From: Nitrospirota bacterium
GTDB taxonomy: Bacteria; Nitrospirota; Thermodesulfovibrionia; Thermodesulfovibrionales; Dissulfurispiraceae
Assembly: GCA_040758355.1 (NCBI GenBank)
Contig: JBFLWF010000024.1
Location: 1 to 35,557, forward strand
Length of the DNA stretch: 35,557 bases
Reading direction: 5' to 3'
Below the pieces are notes generated by a model. The model searched no databases. It was not told the DNA's origin and saw nothing but the letters and a program-made list of their open reading frames with translations. Shown in pieces: positions 26,264 through 35,557 of this stretch (position 1 is its first letter; each line of letters opens with the position of its first letter). Position numbers and translations under genes: made by a program.

Positions 26264-26503
26264 CTACTGCGTTCCTGCCTTTTGCAGAAGCTTCTTAACA
26301 GTGTCTGTAGGCTGCGCACCACGCTCAATCCAGTATTTCGCCCTTTCTGAATCGACCTTTATCTCAGATGGTTCCTTCTTGGGGTCGTATGTTCCTATAA
26401 TCTCTATGAACGGGCCATCCCTCCGTGTCCGTGAATCCGCCACAATAATCCTGTAAAACGGCTTCTTGTGGGCGCCCATTCGTGTCAATCTAATCTTTAC
26501 CAA
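26264..26503 (-). CDS. rpsP: 30S ribosomal protein S16 (TTG start at 26503)
   Basis: [35 protein letters not shown] upstream of TTG. Confidence 0.96.
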   Translation of the reverse strand: MVKIRLTRMGAHKKPFYRIIVADSRTRRDGPFIEIIGTYDPKKEPSEIKVDSERAKYWIERGAQPTDTVKKLLQKAGTQ

Positions 26504-26558
26504 ACAATCACCTCCTACGATAAATTCCAAAAGAGTTAAATTTTAATATATTTGCAGC

Positions 26559-26594
26559 AAATTAGGCAATAGGCTCTTACCTATTGCCTGATTT
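26559..26594. repeat. Hairpin directly after ffh, built from AGGCAAT units
   Basis: AAATTAGGCAATAGG-ctctta-CCTATTGCCTGATTT. Confidence 0.6.
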
Positions 26595-27924
26595 AAAACG
26601 GCATGATCTTCGGAAGCCTGAGCCCCTTCTTGCCCATTCCGCCCTTAAACATCTTCATCATCTTCTTCATTTCCAGATACTGCTTAATAAGCCTGTTCAC
26701 ATCGGTTACTGTTGTGCCGCTTCCAATAGCGATCCTCTTACGTCTGCTGCCGTTTATTATGTTGTGGTTCCCTCTCTCATCTTTTGTCATTGAGCTGATA
26801 ATGGCCTCTATCTTCACAAACTCCTTCTCATCCACCTTTATGTCTTTCATTGCCTTGCCCATGCCGGGTATCATGCCGAGGAGATTTTCGAGCGGGCCCA
26901 TACTTCTGAGCTTCTTCAACTGATCCCTTAGATCCTCGAAGGTGAAGCTCTCCTCCATTATCCTCTTATGGAGCTTTTCCGCCTCTTTCTGGTCAAAAGA
27001 CTTCTGCGCCTGCTCGATTAAGGTGAGAACATCGCCCATGCCCAGTATCCTGTTGGCAATCCTGTCGGGATAGAAGGGCTCCAGCATGTCTATCTTTTCG
27101 CCGATTCCTATGAATTTTATGGGCTTGCCTGTAACATCCCTTATTGAAAGGGCAGCGCCGCCCCTTGCATCTCCGTCCATCTTTGTGAGGATAATGCCGT
27201 CAAGACCTATCTGCTCATTAAAGCTCTTTGCCATATTAACCGCATCCTGACCTGTCATGGCATCGGCAACGAGCAGGACTTCCCTGGGATTTACCTTTGT
27301 CTTTACGGCCAAAAGCTCGTTCATCAGTTCTTCGTCAATATGGAGTCTTCCGGCAGTATCGATAATTACTATGTCCCTGCCTTCCATCCTTGCCTGCTTC
27401 ACAGCGTTCTCGCAGAGTGCAACAGGGTCCTGCGTCTCTTTTGAATAAAAAACAGGTATGTCTATCTGTTTGCCGAGGGTTATGAGCTGGTCGATTGCGG
27501 CAGGCCTTTTGAGGTCTGCTGCCACGAGCATCGGCCTTCTGCCCTCTTTTTTGAAAAATCTTGCCAGCTTTGAAGATGTGGTGGTCTTGCCCGATCCCTG
27601 AAGACCGACCATCATTATGACTGTGGGAGGATTCGGCGCAAGCTGTATCCTCTGGTTTGTAGTGCCAAGAAGTTCGCACAGCTCATCATGCACTATCTTT
27701 ACAACCTGCTGTCCCGGGGAAAGGCTCTCCAGAACTTCTTTGCCCACTGCCCTTTCCCTGACACGCTGGACAAAGTCCTTCACAACCTTGAAGTTTACGT
27801 CAGCCTCGAGGAGGGCAAGCCTTATCTCCTTAAGGGCAACATCCACATCATCTTCCTTAAGCAGTCCCCTGCCCTTTAATTTTTTAAATATGGAATCCAG
27901 TTTATCGCTTAAACTCTCAAACAT
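26593..27924 (-). CDS. ffh: Signal recognition particle protein Ffh
   Basis: [36 protein letters not shown]-domain SRRKRIA. Confidence 0.97.
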   Translation of the reverse strand: MFESLSDKLDSIFKKLKGRGLLKEDDVDVALKEIRLALLEADVNFKVVKDFVQRVRERAVGKEVLESLSPGQQVVKIVHDELCELLGTTNQRIQLAPNPPTVIMMVGLQGSGKTTTSSKLARFFKKEGRRPMLVAADLKRPAAIDQLITLGKQIDIPVFYSKETQDPVALCENAVKQARMEGRDIVIIDTAGRLHIDEELMNELLAVKTKVNPREVLLVADAMTGQDAVNMAKSFNEQIGLDGIILTKMDGDARGGAALSIRDVTGKPIKFIGIGEKIDMLEPFYPDRIANRILGMGDVLTLIEQAQKSFDQKEAEKLHKRIMEESFTFEDLRDQLKKLRSMGPLENLLGMIPGMGKAMKDIKVDEKEFVKIEAIISSMTKDERGNHNIINGSRRKRIAIGSGTTVTDVNRLIKQYLEMKKMMKMFKGGMGKKGLRLPKIMPF

Positions 27925-27943
27925 TACTCTATTCCATTACTCC

Positions 27944-28276
27944 TTAGCCCTGTAAAAGCGCATCTATTTTTGCCTTAAGCTGGGGCTTTGGAACTGCTCC
28001 GACAATCTGGTCCACCTTCTGCCCGTCTTTAAAGAACATAATGGTCGGTATACCCATTATCTTGTATTTGCTCGCAATATCGGGATTTTCATCCGTATTC
28101 AGCTTTCCGACCTTTACCTTGCCCGCATACTCCTTTGACAGTTCCTCAACTGTCGGTGCAATCATTCTGCAGGGTCCGCACCATACTGCCCAGAAATCCA
28201 CCATAACCAGACCATTGGCCTGCAGTACCTCCTTATCCCACGCAGCAGTCGTAAGCTCAACAATGCCTTCTGCCAT
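27944..28276 (-). CDS. trxA: Thioredoxin
   Basis: VDFWAVWCGPCRMIAP. Confidence 0.96.
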   Translation of the reverse strand: MAEGIVELTTAAWDKEVLQANGLVMVDFWAVWCGPCRMIAPTVEELSKEYAGKVKVGKLNTDENPDIASKYKIMGIPTIMFFKDGQKVDQIVGAVPKPQLKAKIDALLQG

Positions 28277-28389
28277 AAAATCCTCCTTATAAATTGATTA
28301 CACAGATTTTGTAAAACAATTACACTGATTAAAGATTCACTCTATCTGTGCAATCTGATTTTTTAATCTGCGTAATCATATTTGCACCA

Positions 28390-28419
28390 ATTATATTTTC
28401 TATGTAAATATTTTGTCAA
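28390..28419 (-). promoter_or_regulatory. Sigma70 promoter of the trxA-ffh operon
   Basis: Consensus hexamers TTGACA-18 nt-TATAAT. Confidence 0.65.
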
Positions 28420-28461
28420 TTTAGGTGTTGAAAAAAATCACGTTTGCAGATATATTTAAAC

Positions 28462-28986
28462 ATGGCCATATCAGGCAAGTATAAAGTCCTTATAGTCGAT
28501 GACGAAGCTATGACGAGAGATCTCGTCTCCTCCATACTATCCTCAAAAGGGCACACATGTGTAACTGCATCCGATGGAGTCGAAGCACTGGATAAGGCCA
28601 ACGAAGACACTTTTGATGCAGTCGTTACCGACATTGTCATGCCCAATATGGACGGCATTACCCTTACAAAAGAACTATTAAAACGAAACCCTTCCATTCC
28701 CGTAATGGTAATAACAGGATTTACGGATGAGCATTATTATGAAGAGTCCGTAGATGCAGGCGCCACCGATTTTATAAACAAGCCTTTCTCCATTGCCGAA
28801 TTTTTAGCCCGTTTTCACAGGATGATGCGGGACCATGAAACAATCTGTGAGATAAAAAAACGGGAAATGGAAATAGAAAAGATAGGCGCTGAAATGATAG
28901 CAGGCATACAGCACGACGCAAGGGAAAGGATCAGTACCCTCAAAAAAGAGATCGAAGAACTTAAAAAAGGGCTAAAAAGCGCATAA
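28462..28986 (+). CDS. Response regulator (REC plus coiled coil)
   Basis: VLIVDDE, VTDIVMPNMDG, ITG, FINKPF; ATG at 28462 preferred over TTG 28444. Confidence 0.88.
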   Translation: MAISGKYKVLIVDDEAMTRDLVSSILSSKGHTCVTASDGVEALDKANEDTFDAVVTDIVMPNMDGITLTKELLKRNPSIPVMVITGFTDEHYYEESVDAGATDFINKPFSIAEFLARFHRMMRDHETICEIKKREMEIEKIGAEMIAGIQHDARERISTLKKEIEELKKGLKSA

Positions 28987-29102
28987 TCATTGATTCACAA
29001 GTCCTTAATTTACAGATTATTTACAGGCCATTAAGTAAACTAAGAATAATCGGTCTGCATAAAGACGTCATCTGCATAATAGCGATAAATCGATACACAA
29101 AT

Positions 29103-30149
29103 ATGATAAAACTAACGAAGCGAATGAATGCATTGATCTCGTTATTGATACGTCTAAGATATTGGCAGATCCTCGTCATCGGTGTAGTGTCAGCTATTAT
29201 CATTTCCGAGTTCATAGTTGTCGCTATTGACATTCTTTGGGATGGCAGAATAAGCGGAGAACTCATTTTTGCCGGATTTCTCACACCCCTGCTCGATGCT
29301 TTTATAATACTTATCATTTTCGTGGCAATAATTGCGAAACTCAAGGAAAGCTACGAAGAACTAAAATCTGCTCAGGCACAGCTCATACATGCCGGCAGGC
29401 TTTCCAGCTTAGGGGAAATGTCTGCCGGGATTGCCCATGAGATAAACCAGCCTCTGCACATCATCAGATTAAAAAGCCAGTCTCTGCTTGTAAATGCCGA
29501 TGAGGGGCTGATTCCTACATTGTCCAAAGAGGTAACTGATGTTCTCCGGACTATTGATTCGCAGGTAGAGCGCATAAGCAAAATAATCACGCACCTGAGA
29601 ATATTTGCGAGAACCGATTCACTGAACGATACCAAGCCTATAGATATAAACCAGCCCCTGAAGAATGTATTTTTATTAATAGGAGAAAGCCTCAGATTAA
29701 AAGATATAACAGTCAGGAAAGAATTCTACGACGCCCCTTTAATGATTACTGCAGATGCCAGCAGGCTCGAACAGGTCTTCCTCAATATCATCCAGAACGC
29801 AAAGGACGCAATGGAAAAACTGCCTGCACAAAAGGTTCTAACCGTAAAGAGCCTTCCCGGAGAAGATGATACAATCGAAGTGAGGATTTCTGACAACGGT
29901 GGAGGAATACCTGTTGAAATAAGGGAGAAGGTATTCGAGCCTTTCTTCACCACAAAGGAGGTGGGGAAAGGAACAGGTCTGGGACTTTCCATCGCATATA
30001 ATATAGTCAGGGATATGGGCGGCAATATCGAATTCCATGTGGATGAAGGGGTCGGGACGACATTTATATTGACGTTCCCTAATATGATACAATCAAATGC
30101 AAGGGATAATAATCATGTTGGACGGAAAACCTTCCATATTGATCGTTGA
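29103..30149 (+). CDS. Membrane sensor histidine kinase (NtrB/DctB-like)
   Basis: Two TMs, [41 protein letters not shown]. Confidence 0.9.
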   Translation: MIKLTKRMNALISLLIRLRYWQILVIGVVSAIIISEFIVVAIDILWDGRISGELIFAGFLTPLLDAFIILIIFVAIIAKLKESYEELKSAQAQLIHAGRLSSLGEMSAGIAHEINQPLHIIRLKSQSLLVNADEGLIPTLSKEVTDVLRTIDSQVERISKIITHLRIFARTDSLNDTKPIDINQPLKNVFLLIGESLRLKDITVRKEFYDAPLMITADASRLEQVFLNIIQNAKDAMEKLPAQKVLTVKSLPGEDDTIEVRISDNGGGIPVEIREKVFEPFFTTKEVGKGTGLGLSIAYNIVRDMGGNIEFHVDEGVGTTFILTFPNMIQSNARDNNHVGRKTFHIDR

Positions 30150-30486
30150 CGATGAGCCGGTAATGGTCGGCATCGTGAGGGACTTTTTAGTGCCGAGGGG
30201 ATATACCGTGTTTGAAGCGACAGACGGCACCATAGGTCTGGAGGTCTTCAAGGAAAGGCATCCGGATATCGTAATACTGGACGTAAAAATGCCCGGGATC
30301 GACGGGAACAGGCTTAAAGACCTCATAAGAAAGATGGTCGGCACCGTGAGGATCATAATGACTTCAGGCCATACAGAAACAATAGAGTCTTACATAACCT
30401 CGGATGAGATATTCTTAAAAAAGCCGTTCCATATAAGAGAACTGATGGGGGCATTGAAAGCAGCCGAAGGAAACTCCTTGGTATGA
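30115..30486 (+). CDS. Single-domain response regulator
   Basis: ILIVDDE, ILDVKMPGIDG, TSG, KKPF; start uncertain (30097 or 30115). Confidence 0.87.
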   Translation: MLDGKPSILIVDDEPVMVGIVRDFLVPRGYTVFEATDGTIGLEVFKERHPDIVILDVKMPGIDGNRLKDLIRKMVGTVRIIMTSGHTETIESYITSDEIFLKKPFHIRELMGALKAAEGNSLV

Positions 30487-30538
30487 CTTATGTCACAGAA
30501 AGGTTTATACCAATGCATATAGAATATACGGCATAATT

Positions 30539-32440
30539 ATGAAGACATGGAAATTTAAATTCAGCCTTGCATACAAAGTAGGCCTTCTCATAATCGCTGC
30601 CGTCCTTATCACCAGCCTCACGCTTAATCTCATATTCAGAGGCCATTATCTGAGAGACGAAATGGAGCATATCGAAGGACAGGTCATGACAATATCAAAA
30701 CTGACATCCCAGCAATTTGCCCAACATATCCTCAAAAAGGAATCTAAAGCAATGCATGAAAATATCGTAGATAACATAAACGCCATTCAACACATCTCCG
30801 ACATGCAGGTATATGACAAGGGTGGTTATCTCATTTGCGATAAACACGGCATACAAAAAAAACAGCCGACAGATAAATTGATACAAAAGGGGATTAAATT
30901 AACATCCATGCTGCACAGATGGGAAGGCTATAAATTCAAGCATTTCGAACCTATCATCGAGAAAGGAGAGGCAATAGGCTTCCTGTACATCGAATACAAT
31001 GCCGATTTCCTTCCCGGATACATGGCTAAGCGGAGAAACTTCTTCGTAACCCTGACAGGGATTTTAACAGTGATTTTCATAGGGATAGCGATCATTATTT
31101 CGAGAAAGATCACAAAGCCGTTAGAGGTAATTGCAGACGTATCAAAAAGGGTCGCTGACGGCGATCTCTCCGTGTCTGTGCCTGTGAAATCAAAGGATGA
31201 ATTGGGAATTCTTGCTGAGAACTTTAATTACATGGTGGAAAACCTTAAATCAGCAAGGGCAGAGATGGAAAACTACACAAAAAACCTCGAACATGTCGTA
31301 AACCTCAGGACAGAAAGGCTGAACAATGCCCTTGCAGAACTACAGCAGGAAAAAGGGTTCATGGAGAAACTCTTATCCACCATTGGAGCGACAATAGCAG
31401 TGCTTGACAGAGATGGGAAATTCGTAAAGGTAAACAGGGCATGGGAAGACATGAGGGGATATGTGGAAGACGAGGTCAAGGGGAAATATGTGTGGGACTT
31501 TATGCCGCCGGATTCTGCCCATCTGGCAAAAATGATGTTTGAGGAGATGCTCGTATATAAAGCTCCAACAACCTTTAAAATAAAACTATTGACAAAGGAC
31601 GGTAGAGAGAAAATCGCTATAGCAAATAATGTGATCATTACGGATGAAAACAATGAGGTAAAATATATCATAGCCACAGGAATTGATATCACAGAAAAAG
31701 AGTTCCTCGAAGAGCATCTCATGGAGTCGCAGAGGCTCCAGTCAATAGCCACCCTCGTGACAGGACTCTCCCATAACTTTAACAATATACTTGTCGGGGT
31801 TGTGGGATATGCAGGGCTGCTGAGGATAAAGTTATCCTCCATAGAACATGAGGACATGAACGAATTATTAAAATATGTGGACACTATCGAAGACTCTGCA
31901 AACAAGGCCTCAGAGCTCATAAGGCATCTTGCCACATTCTCGAAAAAGGCGGAATTCAAGACAGAGGAGATAAACATTAACGATATTGTCACAGATATGA
32001 TTAACATGATAAAACCTACATTCCCAAAATTCATTTCTATAGAGTCGCAGCTTCAGGATGACCTCTATAGGGTCATTGCCGACAAGGGTAAGATCCATCA
32101 GTCCATCCTGAATATCTGCCTAAATGCACGGGATGCCATGCCCGAAGGCGGCACGTTAAAGATAGAAACATTTAATAAGGATATTGTGAAGCCGGAGCAC
32201 GTATTACAGCATCTCGGCAAATATGTTGTAATCAGGATAAGCGACACAGGGCAGGGAATGGATGAAGCGACGAAGAACAGGATATTCGAGCCATTCTTTA
32301 CGACAAAGGGGCTTCTCCATCACACAGGTCTCGGGCTTTCCATAGCATACAACACCATTAAAAACCACAGCGGCTATATTACAGTAGAAAGCGAAGTCGG
32401 CAAGGGGACTACGTTTACAATATTCCTGCCGGTGAAATAA
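30539..32440 (+). CDS. HAMP-PAS sensor histidine kinase
   Basis: Two TMs, HAMP (DELGILAENFNYM), PAS, GLSHNFNNIL, NARDAMP, FFTTK..TGLGL. Confidence 0.9.
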   Translation: MKTWKFKFSLAYKVGLLIIAAVLITSLTLNLIFRGHYLRDEMEHIEGQVMTISKLTSQQFAQHILKKESKAMHENIVDNINAIQHISDMQVYDKGGYLICDKHGIQKKQPTDKLIQKGIKLTSMLHRWEGYKFKHFEPIIEKGEAIGFLYIEYNADFLPGYMAKRRNFFVTLTGILTVIFIGIAIIISRKITKPLEVIADVSKRVADGDLSVSVPVKSKDELGILAENFNYMVENLKSARAEMENYTKNLEHVVNLRTERLNNALAELQQEKGFMEKLLSTIGATIAVLDRDGKFVKVNRAWEDMRGYVEDEVKGKYVWDFMPPDSAHLAKMMFEEMLVYKAPTTFKIKLLTKDGREKIAIANNVIITDENNEVKYIIATGIDITEKEFLEEHLMESQRLQSIATLVTGLSHNFNNILVGVVGYAGLLRIKLSSIEHEDMNELLKYVDTIEDSANKASELIRHLATFSKKAEFKTEEININDIVTDMINMIKPTFPKFISIESQLQDDLYRVIADKGKIHQSILNICLNARDAMPEGGTLKIETFNKDIVKPEHVLQHLGKYVVIRISDTGQGMDEATKNRIFEPFFTTKGLLHHTGLGLSIAYNTIKNHSGYITVESEVGKGTTFTIFLPVK

Positions 32441-32448
32441 AATATTGC

Positions 32449-32643
32449 ATGGTTAGAATCGTTACACAGATACTCATGGGGCTGATGCTGTTATTCGGGA
32501 CAGTCACCCTCACCCCAAAGATGCTATTTCACTTCAAGAACAAAAATATGCCGAGGGCGCTATACTTTCTGCTCGTCTGGCTCATATCCCTATCCTTTTC
32601 GATAGCGGCATTTTATTATGCATATGCAGGATTGACGGAATAA
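32449..32643 (+). CDS. Small hypothetical membrane protein
   Basis: 64 aa with two hydrophobic segments, directly after the kinase gene. Confidence 0.6.
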   Translation: MVRIVTQILMGLMLLFGTVTLTPKMLFHFKNKNMPRALYFLLVWLISLSFSIAAFYYAYAGLTE

Positions 32644-32692
32644 GACATGTGACAGACTTATAATCCATAGCCAAACATCTTCATCGGATTAT

Positions 32693-33553
32693 TTAACCTT
32701 GCTGCTGTTGCTGCTGCTGTTGCCTGTATAGAATCATGTATTCCTTTTCGAGGTCCTCGTACTGTTTCTGCATATCTTCAAACACTTTGGTCTTTTCCTG
32801 TAATTTATCCTCAAACTCCTTTAGCCTTGTGGTTAACTCCTCTTTTTCATGCATTATCTCGCCTAATTTTTCATCATACCGGCCTTCGTCTATTACCTCG
32901 CTCTTCTCGGCCTCCTCCCATACCTGCTTTAATTCGTCTTCCCATAGCCTGAATTTCTCGGCAAGGGATTCGTTCTCTTTTCCGAGTATTTCCATATAAG
33001 AGCTCAGTTCATTGTTATTATTCTCAAACGTCTCCAGGGCTTCTGCAAGCACCTTGTTTTCCGCAGATTCTCCCAGCAGTTTAACAAACCTGTCTTTCAA
33101 ACCCTGATATCCATCCTGAACAACATTAAGCTTCCGCTGGGCGCCTTCGAGTATGTCTTTATAGCACATCAGGTCAATGATCTTGCCCTTCTGGAAATTT
33201 ATTATGCGCTGCAGCTTATTGATCTTGCCTACCAGAGAACTCTCATCTGCGGTCTCGTCCACAGCCGCAGGAGGCTGCGGCACTTCAAACATCTCTGCTG
33301 CTACATGCTGTTCTTCAGGCATTTTCAGCGGCACTTCCTTCACTTCTTGTACTTCTTGTACCGGCTGAGGCCCTGCCTTCTGGATATCCTGTCCTTCCAT
33401 GCTGCTTCTCATATCTGACAGTTCTTTGAGGGCCTTCTGGTACAGTCTTTTATGCTTCCCGTTTCTTGCAAAGAGATACATTGCTGTTATCAGCAGTACT
33501 AACGAAACCTCGCCGAGCAGCAAAAGATAGAGGGCATCGATAGTTATCGTCAT
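32693..33553 (-). CDS. Hypothetical membrane-anchored coiled-coil protein
   Basis: N-terminal TM, long E/K-rich coiled coil, poly-Q tail; coupled to the vWA gene by an ATGA overlap. Confidence 0.8.
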   Translation of the reverse strand: MTITIDALYLLLLGEVSLVLLITAMYLFARNGKHKRLYQKALKELSDMRSSMEGQDIQKAGPQPVQEVQEVKEVPLKMPEEQHVAAEMFEVPQPPAAVDETADESSLVGKINKLQRIINFQKGKIIDLMCYKDILEGAQRKLNVVQDGYQGLKDRFVKLLGESAENKVLAEALETFENNNNELSSYMEILGKENESLAEKFRLWEDELKQVWEEAEKSEVIDEGRYDEKLGEIMHEKEELTTRLKEFEDKLQEKTKVFEDMQKQYEDLEKEYMILYRQQQQQQQQG

Positions 33554-35058
33554 TTTTTACTTCCTTTCTTTTTCACTCCCGTCCTGGATTTTGCAGCTAT
33601 CTTTCTCACAAGGAGAATTATAACAACTGCACTTGCCAGTGACAAATTTATAATACCGAATTTCATGAGCACAACACCCCATGACGAATCCTTCTTTTTT
33701 ATCTCTTTGCCCACAGGCGCTTTTTTCTCGATCTTCTGCAGAGGGGCTTCCGCTGCCTTGAATTGCAAAACCTTCTCCCTCTTGAATGTCTTGCCTTCTG
33801 CAACTATTTTGATGCTATACTCGCCGGCAGCATCGACTGCAAATATAGCGGAGTATTTTCCATCGCCCTGCTTGTCGTCACCGGACTTCCCGCTATCCAG
33901 AAGATCGAGTTTTGTAGCCTTGCCGTCAGGGGCAGTGGCTTCGGCAGAGAGTAACACCTGCTCAAGGAAATCCTTTTCTGTTATTATGTCCCCTTCCCTT
34001 TGCAGCCAGGCATCAATTTTTATGGAGTCGCCTTTATTTACAAAGCCCTTATCAAAGGTCGTTTTAAGACCGAGGTCCGTTATGACAAATACCTTATTGC
34101 CTTCCTTTGTGCTCAGCTTTACCTTCCATTTGCCCACAGCAGGCTCTTTAATGGTAATCATATCGAATGCCTTTGTCTCATACCACTGGATGTTCTTGCC
34201 GTACTTCGTCGGCGTATGTTTCCCCTTTGTCGGATCTATGAGTGTAGTGGATGTAACCGGCTGCTTGCTGATGAGCAGTATTGCCTCGCTTATGTCCTTG
34301 TCGATACTGAAGGTATCGTCTTCCAATGGTATTGTATCCGGGGACTTAATCTTTTCGAATATGGATGCAAAAATAACATGGAGGTCTTTATCGGCCTTTG
34401 CGAGCCTGAAAAAGCCTCCCGTTGCCTTTGCCATGTCTTCAAGGAGCTTCATGTCAGACATCTCTGTAAAGGCTATGGAATAAAGCCTTATGCCGGACTT
34501 TGCCACTTCGGGCAGCAGCCCTGTCAATTCTGCAAAGGCTGCTTCGTCCTTTTCCTTTGAGCCCAGAGCGAGCTTTCCGTCGGACATGAGAATAAGAACT
34601 CTGTTCTTCCTGCTGGATGCTTTAAGTCCATCGAATCCCTTCTTTACAGCATCGGTGATGTTTGTGGAAAATTCCTTTGATGTTATTTTGTTGATGGCGC
34701 CGAAAAGCCCTTCACGGTTCTTCTTTGTATTTTCGGTAAGAGGAGCCAATACCTTTGCAGAATCTCCAAAGCTTATAATACCTATGCGGTCATCCTCTCC
34801 AAGAAGAGATATAAAAAGTCTCGCCGCCGGCTTCCTGTAACTTTCCGGGTCTGTTTTTTTCATGCTCCCGGAACAGTCCATTAAGATCACTATGTCATAT
34901 CCTTCACTACTACCCCGAAAAGTCTGCGACTTTTCGGGGACCCCGTTTTTTGCCTGTTGAGTCTGAACGGGAGGGGTGGAAACTTTATCTACGGCAAATG
35001 CTGCAGGCAATAGGAATGAAAATAGAAAAGCAAAGATTAATGCATTTATTTTTTTCAT
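33550..35058 (-). CDS. Exported vWA-domain protein with C-terminal membrane anchor
   Basis: Signal peptide, MIDAS DCSGS...T...SDG, DSGKSGDDKQGDGKYS loop, C-terminal TM plus basic tail. Confidence 0.85.
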   Translation of the reverse strand: MKKINALIFAFLFSFLLPAAFAVDKVSTPPVQTQQAKNGVPEKSQTFRGSSEGYDIVILMDCSGSMKKTDPESYRKPAARLFISLLGEDDRIGIISFGDSAKVLAPLTENTKKNREGLFGAINKITSKEFSTNITDAVKKGFDGLKASSRKNRVLILMSDGKLALGSKEKDEAAFAELTGLLPEVAKSGIRLYSIAFTEMSDMKLLEDMAKATGGFFRLAKADKDLHVIFASIFEKIKSPDTIPLEDDTFSIDKDISEAILLISKQPVTSTTLIDPTKGKHTPTKYGKNIQWYETKAFDMITIKEPAVGKWKVKLSTKEGNKVFVITDLGLKTTFDKGFVNKGDSIKIDAWLQREGDIITEKDFLEQVLLSAEATAPDGKATKLDLLDSGKSGDDKQGDGKYSAIFAVDAAGEYSIKIVAEGKTFKREKVLQFKAAEAPLQKIEKKAPVGKEIKKKDSSWGVVLMKFGIINLSLASAVVIILLVRKIAAKSRTGVKKKGSKK

Positions 35059-35168
35059 ATCAATTTTTTATCGGAATTTTTATAAAGAACTATAGCATAA
35101 ATAGCTCATAGTTCATAGCTCATAGATTTTTTTTGCCATCAGCCGTGAGCTATCAGCCATCAGCTAAA

Positions 35169-35258
35169 TGGCGGAGGGGGAGGGATTCGAACCCTCGGTG
35201 GAGTTGCCCCCACAACGATTTTCGAGACCGTCCCATTCAACCACTCTGGCACCCCTCC
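35169..35258 (-). tRNA. tRNA-Ser(CGA)
   Basis: GGAGGGGTGCCAGAGTGGTTGAATGGGACGGTCTCGAAAATCGTT...long variable arm...GGTTCGAATCCCTCCCCCTCCGCCA; anticodon CGA; CCA encoded. Confidence 0.96.
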
Positions 35259-35433
35259 AAAAACGCCAGCCCTCGGCAAACAGTAATCAGCTATTAGTTT
35301 AAATCAAAACAACACAAATAAGGAATACCATATTCGAGTCATGTCTTTATAAAGGCAAAGCAGGCATGACTGAAAAGCATTCAGCGATACCTCATTGATA
35401 AAGGCTTTGCCCACATTATTCATAAATTACAAT

Positions 35434-35557
35434 TGAGGTCGGATGTCAATAGTGGATACCAATTCACTCATGCTGCAATCCTCGTTTGATAAAACTTTTT
35501 CTCATAAGCAACAGGGGATAGATACCCCAGCTTTGCCTGTCTCCTCTGTCGGTTGTA
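35434..35557 (-). mobile_element. Right end of an IS3-family IS
   Basis: Terminal TGAGGTCGGATGTCAATAGTGGATACC resembles IS3 IRs (TG...CAATAGTGGA); lies just after the transposase stop. Confidence 0.8.
35468..35557 (-). CDS. IS3-family transposase, C-terminal fragment (runs off the window end)
   Basis: YNRQRRQAKLGYLSPVAYEKKFYQTRIAA*, the IS3 YN..R..LGY.SP motif. Confidence 0.85.
   Translation of the reverse strand, partial: YNRQRRQAKLGYLSPVAYEKKFYQTRIAA

Noticed and set aside
35169..35258. Long-variable-arm tRNA as tRNA-Sec
   Set aside because: The anticodon is CGA and the acceptor stem is a standard 7 bp, so it is tRNA-Ser.
1..35557. Whole window as a composite transposon or genomic island
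   Set aside because: The flanking IS ends are from different families and the content is largely core housekeeping; they more likely mark assembly breaks.

Overview
Bacterial chromosomal segment; gene content and protein style suggest an anaerobic Nitrospirota (Thermodesulfovibrionia-like) organism, which is an inference. It is bounded on the left by the 3' end of an ISL3 element and on the right by the 3' end of an IS3 element. It carries tsaD, system II cytochrome c biogenesis (ccsA/resB), a trpE/pabB-family gene, pyrF, dcd, a Tat-exported membrane-bound group 1 [NiFe]-hydrogenase operon with hypC and hypF, a Clp1-like kinase, a DUF6516 toxin-antitoxin-like pair, the trxA-ffh-rpsP-khpA-rimM-trmD-rplS-rnhB cluster, many signalling proteins, a vWA membrane protein and tRNA-Ser(CGA). 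Three things stand out. (1) The hydrogenase large subunit appears to start at 14890 and has TGA at both Cys positions of the N-terminal RxCGxC Ni-binding motif, followed by SECIS-like hairpins: a candidate double-selenocysteine active site. (2) A four-helix-bundle (23S rRNA IVP/Avd-like) gene bracketed by inverted 8-mer tandem arrays sits between two CRISPR-type repeats, and similar 7/8/9-mer arrays recur across the window, both as empty intergenic inverted pairs and as in-frame insertions in tsaD, trpE/pabB and (six times) hypF. (3) Three ~165-bp fold-back elements with a shared GACTT...AAGTC core lie between genes of the ribosomal-protein operon region.
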